A stretch of 64,000 nucleotides of DNA from Eledone cirrhosa (lineage: Eukaryota). Position 1 is the first letter of the stretch. Every line of letters begins with the position of its first letter. Where the stretch lies: NCBI GenBank assembly GCA_964016885.1, contig OZ024748.1, forward strand, positions 6,820,001 to 6,884,000, read 5' to 3'. The position numbers and the translations under genes were made by a program. Positions 59,427 through 64,000 of the stretch are shown here, one piece after another. Under the pieces are notes generated by a model, which had not been told where the DNA came from, did not search any database, and was given only the letters and a program-made list of their open reading frames with translations.

Positions 59427-59497
59427 TATTTTATCTGACGAAAACGCAAATGTCATCTCATGATGATATTTGTTTTTGAAATGCGCATAATAAAATA
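59427..59497 (+). ncRNA. Type-I hammerhead ribozyme with long stem II (family E)
   Basis: TATTTTAT-CTGACGA-aaacg-CAAATGTCATC-tcat-GATGATATTTG-ttttt-GAAA-tgcgca-TA-ATAAAATA. Confidence 0.8.
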
Positions 59498-59549
59498 CAT
59501 GGAACTCTTTTAACCATCTTTTGATCTTATATTATATTATATATATATA

Positions 59550-59612
59550 TATTAAAATAACAGATTAAAGTTTAAGCAAAGAATCGCTGCTTTCACCCTT
59601 AACGGGATCTTT
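59550..59612 (-). mobile_element. Family B fragment
   Basis: attaaaataacagattaaagtttaagcaaagaatcgctgctttcacccttaacgggatct. Confidence 0.75.
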
Positions 59613-59932
59613 CGAAACCAACAAAGTCAATCTGTAAACGCAGAAGTGAATATTTCAAAAAACGTTGCAACCGGAGGAAGACAGGAAGACGATACTTTGG
59701 TTCGTGGAAACGTTCCCTGGCAAAGAACGGGAAAAAACGAATATAATACGTCATTATTTTGAGCGGTGAAAAACAATTACACGCAAAGACAGAACCACGT
59801 TTATGGTATAAAAGAAGTCGTAGACTAATATTCTAGTAGGTGGTTCATAGAGACGTTTTCTGTCAATGAACGGAAAAAACGAAAATAATACGTCATATGT
59901 GGAGCGTGGAGAACAATTGCACGCAAAGACAA

Positions 59933-60123
59933 AACGATCGTTTCTAGGGGGTAGCTCCCCGTATGTCCATTTAATTATTGATCTATGTAAAATATTACAA
60001 AAATCATAGTAAGAAAAAATACATACGTATGTATTTTTTTTCCTTACTATGATATTTTGTAATATTTTACATAGATCAATAATTAAATGGACATACGGGG
60101 AGCTACCCCATAGAAACGATCGT
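59933..60123. repeat. Loopless palindrome with arms of about 95 bp
   Basis: Centred on atacatac|gtatgtat at about 60027. Confidence 0.85.
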
Positions 60124-60345
60124 AAAATAATGAGTTTTAATATGAATTAACCGTTTATGAATTAACCGTTTATGAATTAACCGTTTTCATTGTTTTAATA
60201 TTTCTATTTTTGACTCTGTATCCAATGAATTATATCGTTGAAAAAATTTTGTATTTTAAACTTCGCTTCACGGCATCTTCTACATACGGATTACATTGAG
60301 TTCTTCATACGGTTTTGACCCTACCATTTATTGGTGGATTTATCT

Positions 60346-60436
<91 letters not shown>

Positions 60437-60702
60437 TAGATAGATATGTACATTGCTTATATATTGTTTATATATATTTCACACCTGATATTTGTGTACT
60501 GGGCATGAAACAATTATTGATATTGTTAAATCAATCACCGGAAAGCGTAGATGATGGAGATGAGGAAATAAATAGTTTAGCACACCAACATTATTATTAT
60601 CATTATTATTATTGTTGCTGTTGTTGTTGTTATTAATTATTTTCCGGTCATATTTATGGTTCCAGAGAAATCTATGAACCAATACACCGTTCTGGTTTAG
60701 AA

Positions 60703-60893
<191 letters not shown>

Positions 60894-62088
60894 ATGTGTG
60901 TGTGTGTGTGTGTGTGTGCTCGCATTCATATATCAGTGTGATTATGTTATTCTCAGTGCTACTACTTCAAGTGATGTCAGAATAATTCGTTTTTATCAAC
61001 ACCCCACTCCTGTTCTTTTTTTCTCGGTTGAATCTTTAAAGCAACAGACACAATACCTTGCGGTTATCGTTCCGGTTCTTATTTGTTATCTTTTAGATCA
61101 AATCTTGCCAAGATTAACATTCTCTTTCATCCTTCCCTGTTCGATAAATAAAGTCCTTCTAAAATAGAGTCTTAGTTATTTCCTCCCCTTTTCTCTTTTG
61201 TGTCTGTTTCGCTCACACATTCTACAATCGAATACACTGTGGTATGTAAGGAATGTATGGGACCACTTAGCGTGTCCTTTTCCTTCAAGAAACGAAATAT
61301 AGTTAAACGAATTTCTAGCAGCGTCTTCTAATCTTATCTTCTTCAAAACCCGTTTGAAAATAAACCAAATATGGCTGATGTGAATTGAGCAATGCACTGT
61401 AACGAACGTGTATAATTATGAAGAAAAGAGGTGACCTTCTTTCTTGAATGTTCTTTTTCTCTCTCTCAAAATAACTTAAACTTTCTACGTCTTTCCATTT
61501 TACTTATATCTTCTCCGTGTTCATCTCTTCCTAATACACTCTTATTTGCCACATAAACCTCGTACACTCCTATTTGCTCCATAAACATCGCCACTATTTT
61601 CCATTAGGTTTTCGTACCATATATTTTTTAATAACTCATGCTTACTCGATTATCTTATTCCTCATGACGAAACCTAATTGAATTTTATTCAAATAGACAT
61701 GTCCCTCAAACAGAACTGAAACCTTTTTCTGGTTGTACCGATCCCAATCTTAAACGGACAGGGGATAGGTGGGCTTTTTGAGCTTTGGGGGATCTTATAT
61801 AGTCGGTTATATCGATCGTATTATAACCCCTTCTTAAAGAAAGCACACACACACACACACATACACACACACACAAACAGACACATACACAGAAACACAC
61901 AAACACACACAGGGAATAATAACAAAGACAGAAATATATGGTGCCTCCACAAGAAAATAAAATGTTCCAGCTGTGACCAGCAAGCAGCCCTTTACCTATA
62001 AAGTCCATCTTGGCACGATCGTAAATCGCCACTGCCGTCTAATATGTATTTATGTCAACCTTTCACACTAAAAACCTTCAAAACTGGT

Positions 62089-62137
62089 GGAAGAAGAAGA
62101 AGAAGAAGAAGAAGAAGAAGAAGAAGAAGAAGAAGAA

Positions 62138-62210
<73 letters not shown>

Positions 62211-62212
62211 CA
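62089..62212. repeat. (GAA)n-(GAAA)n tract
   Basis: Read directly. Confidence 0.95.
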
Positions 62213-62307
62213 GACAGAATTACCGCCTGAACATCCGACGAGACTCATGCAAATTAAATACAGCATAACTTGAATCTTGAGGCTTAGCCCGATATGTTAG
62301 CGGTATA

Positions 62308-62572
62308 GTGATGTGGTTTAAGACACCGTACATACTTTGAAGCACTTCACCTACCACTACCTCTCATATTGTGGCTGTGGTAATATGATGTAAGACACTG
62401 TACATACTTTAAACACCTCACCTGCCACTACCTTCCATATTGTGGCTGTGGTAATATGATGTAAGACACCGTACATACTTTAAACACCTCACCTGCCACT
62501 ACCTTCCATATTGTCGCTCTGGTAATATGATGTAAGACACTGTACATAGTTTAAGCACCTCACCTGCTACCA
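62308..62572. repeat. Tandem repeat of about 71 bp, about 3.7 units
   Basis: taagacac(c/t)gtacatacttt...ccatattgtggctgtggtaatatgatg starting at about 62319, 62391, 62462 and 62533. Confidence 0.9.
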
Positions 62573-62766
62573 GGTTCCTAAAGAGACCTATATAGACCCA
62601 ACTTATATTTACTTATTCCATAGTTACTGCTAACTTAATTTTGATCTTTTTTGCTTTTACTTTTGTTTCCTTATTCTTTTTTGTCTTTCTTCCTTTCTTT
62701 CCTTCTTTCTTTCTTTATTTATTTATTTATTTCTCTCTCTTTCTCTCCCCCTCTCTCTCTATCTCT

Positions 62767-62844
<78 letters not shown>

Positions 62845-62947
62845 CCCTTTCTTATTTGATTCCTATCATTTTTGTTGACATTTTAAACTTAAGAATTCAT
62901 CATTTATCAAATTTTCTTGACATGTCACTCTATGCTGTAATTATATT

Positions 62948-62992
<45 letters not shown>

Positions 62993-63333
62993 AGCATTTT
63001 CCTTATTACTGTTATTGTTGCTACTGCCCCTGCTGTTGCGGTTACATGTGGGTGGCCATGGTGACGTTTCAGTTGTTTTATCATTTTTTTAGTAAGTGTA
63101 GTTATTGTTGTTTTAGTACAGTAACTGTTTTATTTTTGTGGCGATAAGATGATGGTGGTCTTATTATTATTTTAGCGTGTGTTGTTGTTGTTGATGCTAT
63201 TGTTGTTTGTGTTGTTAGTTTCAAGAACATTAGCAAATGAATATACTACAGAATAGCTACATTTGAAGCAATGGTAAAACATGGGTTATAACAAATACAA
63301 CGACCTGGATTTGAAACCATATCTCTCCAGAAC

Positions 63334-63619
63334 CAGGGCCAGATTTAATGGAGGCAAAGGGGGGCAATTGTCTCAGACCCACCAGTGTCAGCCGTAGCAA
63401 TTTATTTGTACCCTCAGTTGAGCTTTTTTTAATTTTAGGATGGTTAGGATTTTTTTATTTAATATCTGTTTGCATAATTTTTCAATTCCAATTACATGCG
63501 CCAAGCTAACTTTGATATGTAAAATTGGGGGTTTGCTACGTATGCTATTTTTTTGTGTATAGCCCCCCCAAAAGAAAACTTCAAGTGCTCCGGCCTCCCA
63601 AGGTCTAAATTTAACCCTG
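63334..63619. mobile_element. hAT-type MITE
   Basis: TIRs CAGGGCCAGATTTA / TAAATTTAACCCTG; imperfect 8-bp TSD tccagaac / agcagaac. Confidence 0.65.
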
Positions 63620-64000
63620 AGCAGAACCATAAAACTAATTCGAGATGTATTGTAATAAAAGTAAGATACCAATTGTTATTATCCTGTCCTCACGCCTCTA
63701 CATATTTACTTTGTATACAGCTAACTTTTAATGATTAAATTTCGGTTGAAAACAAAGTATTGCTTAAGAGAAAGGGGTATATGAACAGATATAGGGATGG
63801 ATAAAAGGGGAAATCAGACTTTATTGCTTAGAATGTGTCTAAAAGTAATCCAGAGACATAGAGACTAAATATATCCAGAGATCCAGAGACAGAGAGACTA
63901 AATATATGTTCATGAGAATATAATTGAATTATATATATATATATATATACAGGGTGTGTATACATTTTGGGGGTACACCATATGTATTTCCGCAGTGAGA

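Larger units (their letters stand above)
59141..59540. mobile_element. Family E fold-back element
   Basis: Arms at about 59228-59350 and 59418-59540. Confidence 0.85.

Noticed and set aside
62044-62273. Poly-Lys/Arg basic ORFs
   Set aside because: (GAA)n and (GAAA)n repeats
63948-64000. TACAGGGTG start of a Tc1/mariner TIR
   Set aside because: Cut by the window edge; partner TIR not visible

Overview
AT-rich, microsatellite-saturated eukaryotic DNA, not prokaryotic. The SINE and LINE repertoire looks like an octopod/cephalopod mollusc (inference). Nearly all ORFs in the supplied track are translations of (TA)n, (CA)n or (TAC)n repeats. Supported features are about 13 copies of a tRNA-derived SINE, RTE and Tx1-like LINE remnants, two hAT MITEs, several minisatellites, two Penelope-like element (PLE) GIY-YIG endonuclease fragments, and a few candidate exons of an unidentified minus-strand gene. 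The main finding is at least 8 unrelated families of short (100-500 bp) non-coding elements inserted in (TA)n tracts. Most are head-to-head fold-back palindromes, and most carry a minimal type-I hammerhead ribozyme motif (CUGANGA...GAAA-short, often palindromic stem III-NUH) about 40-250 nt upstream of the 3' junction with (TA)n. Where a family has several copies, that junction is fixed. One family is physically continuous with a PLE GIY-YIG ORF. One motif has a compensatory U3:A8 core. All ribozymes were folded by eye and none has been tested.
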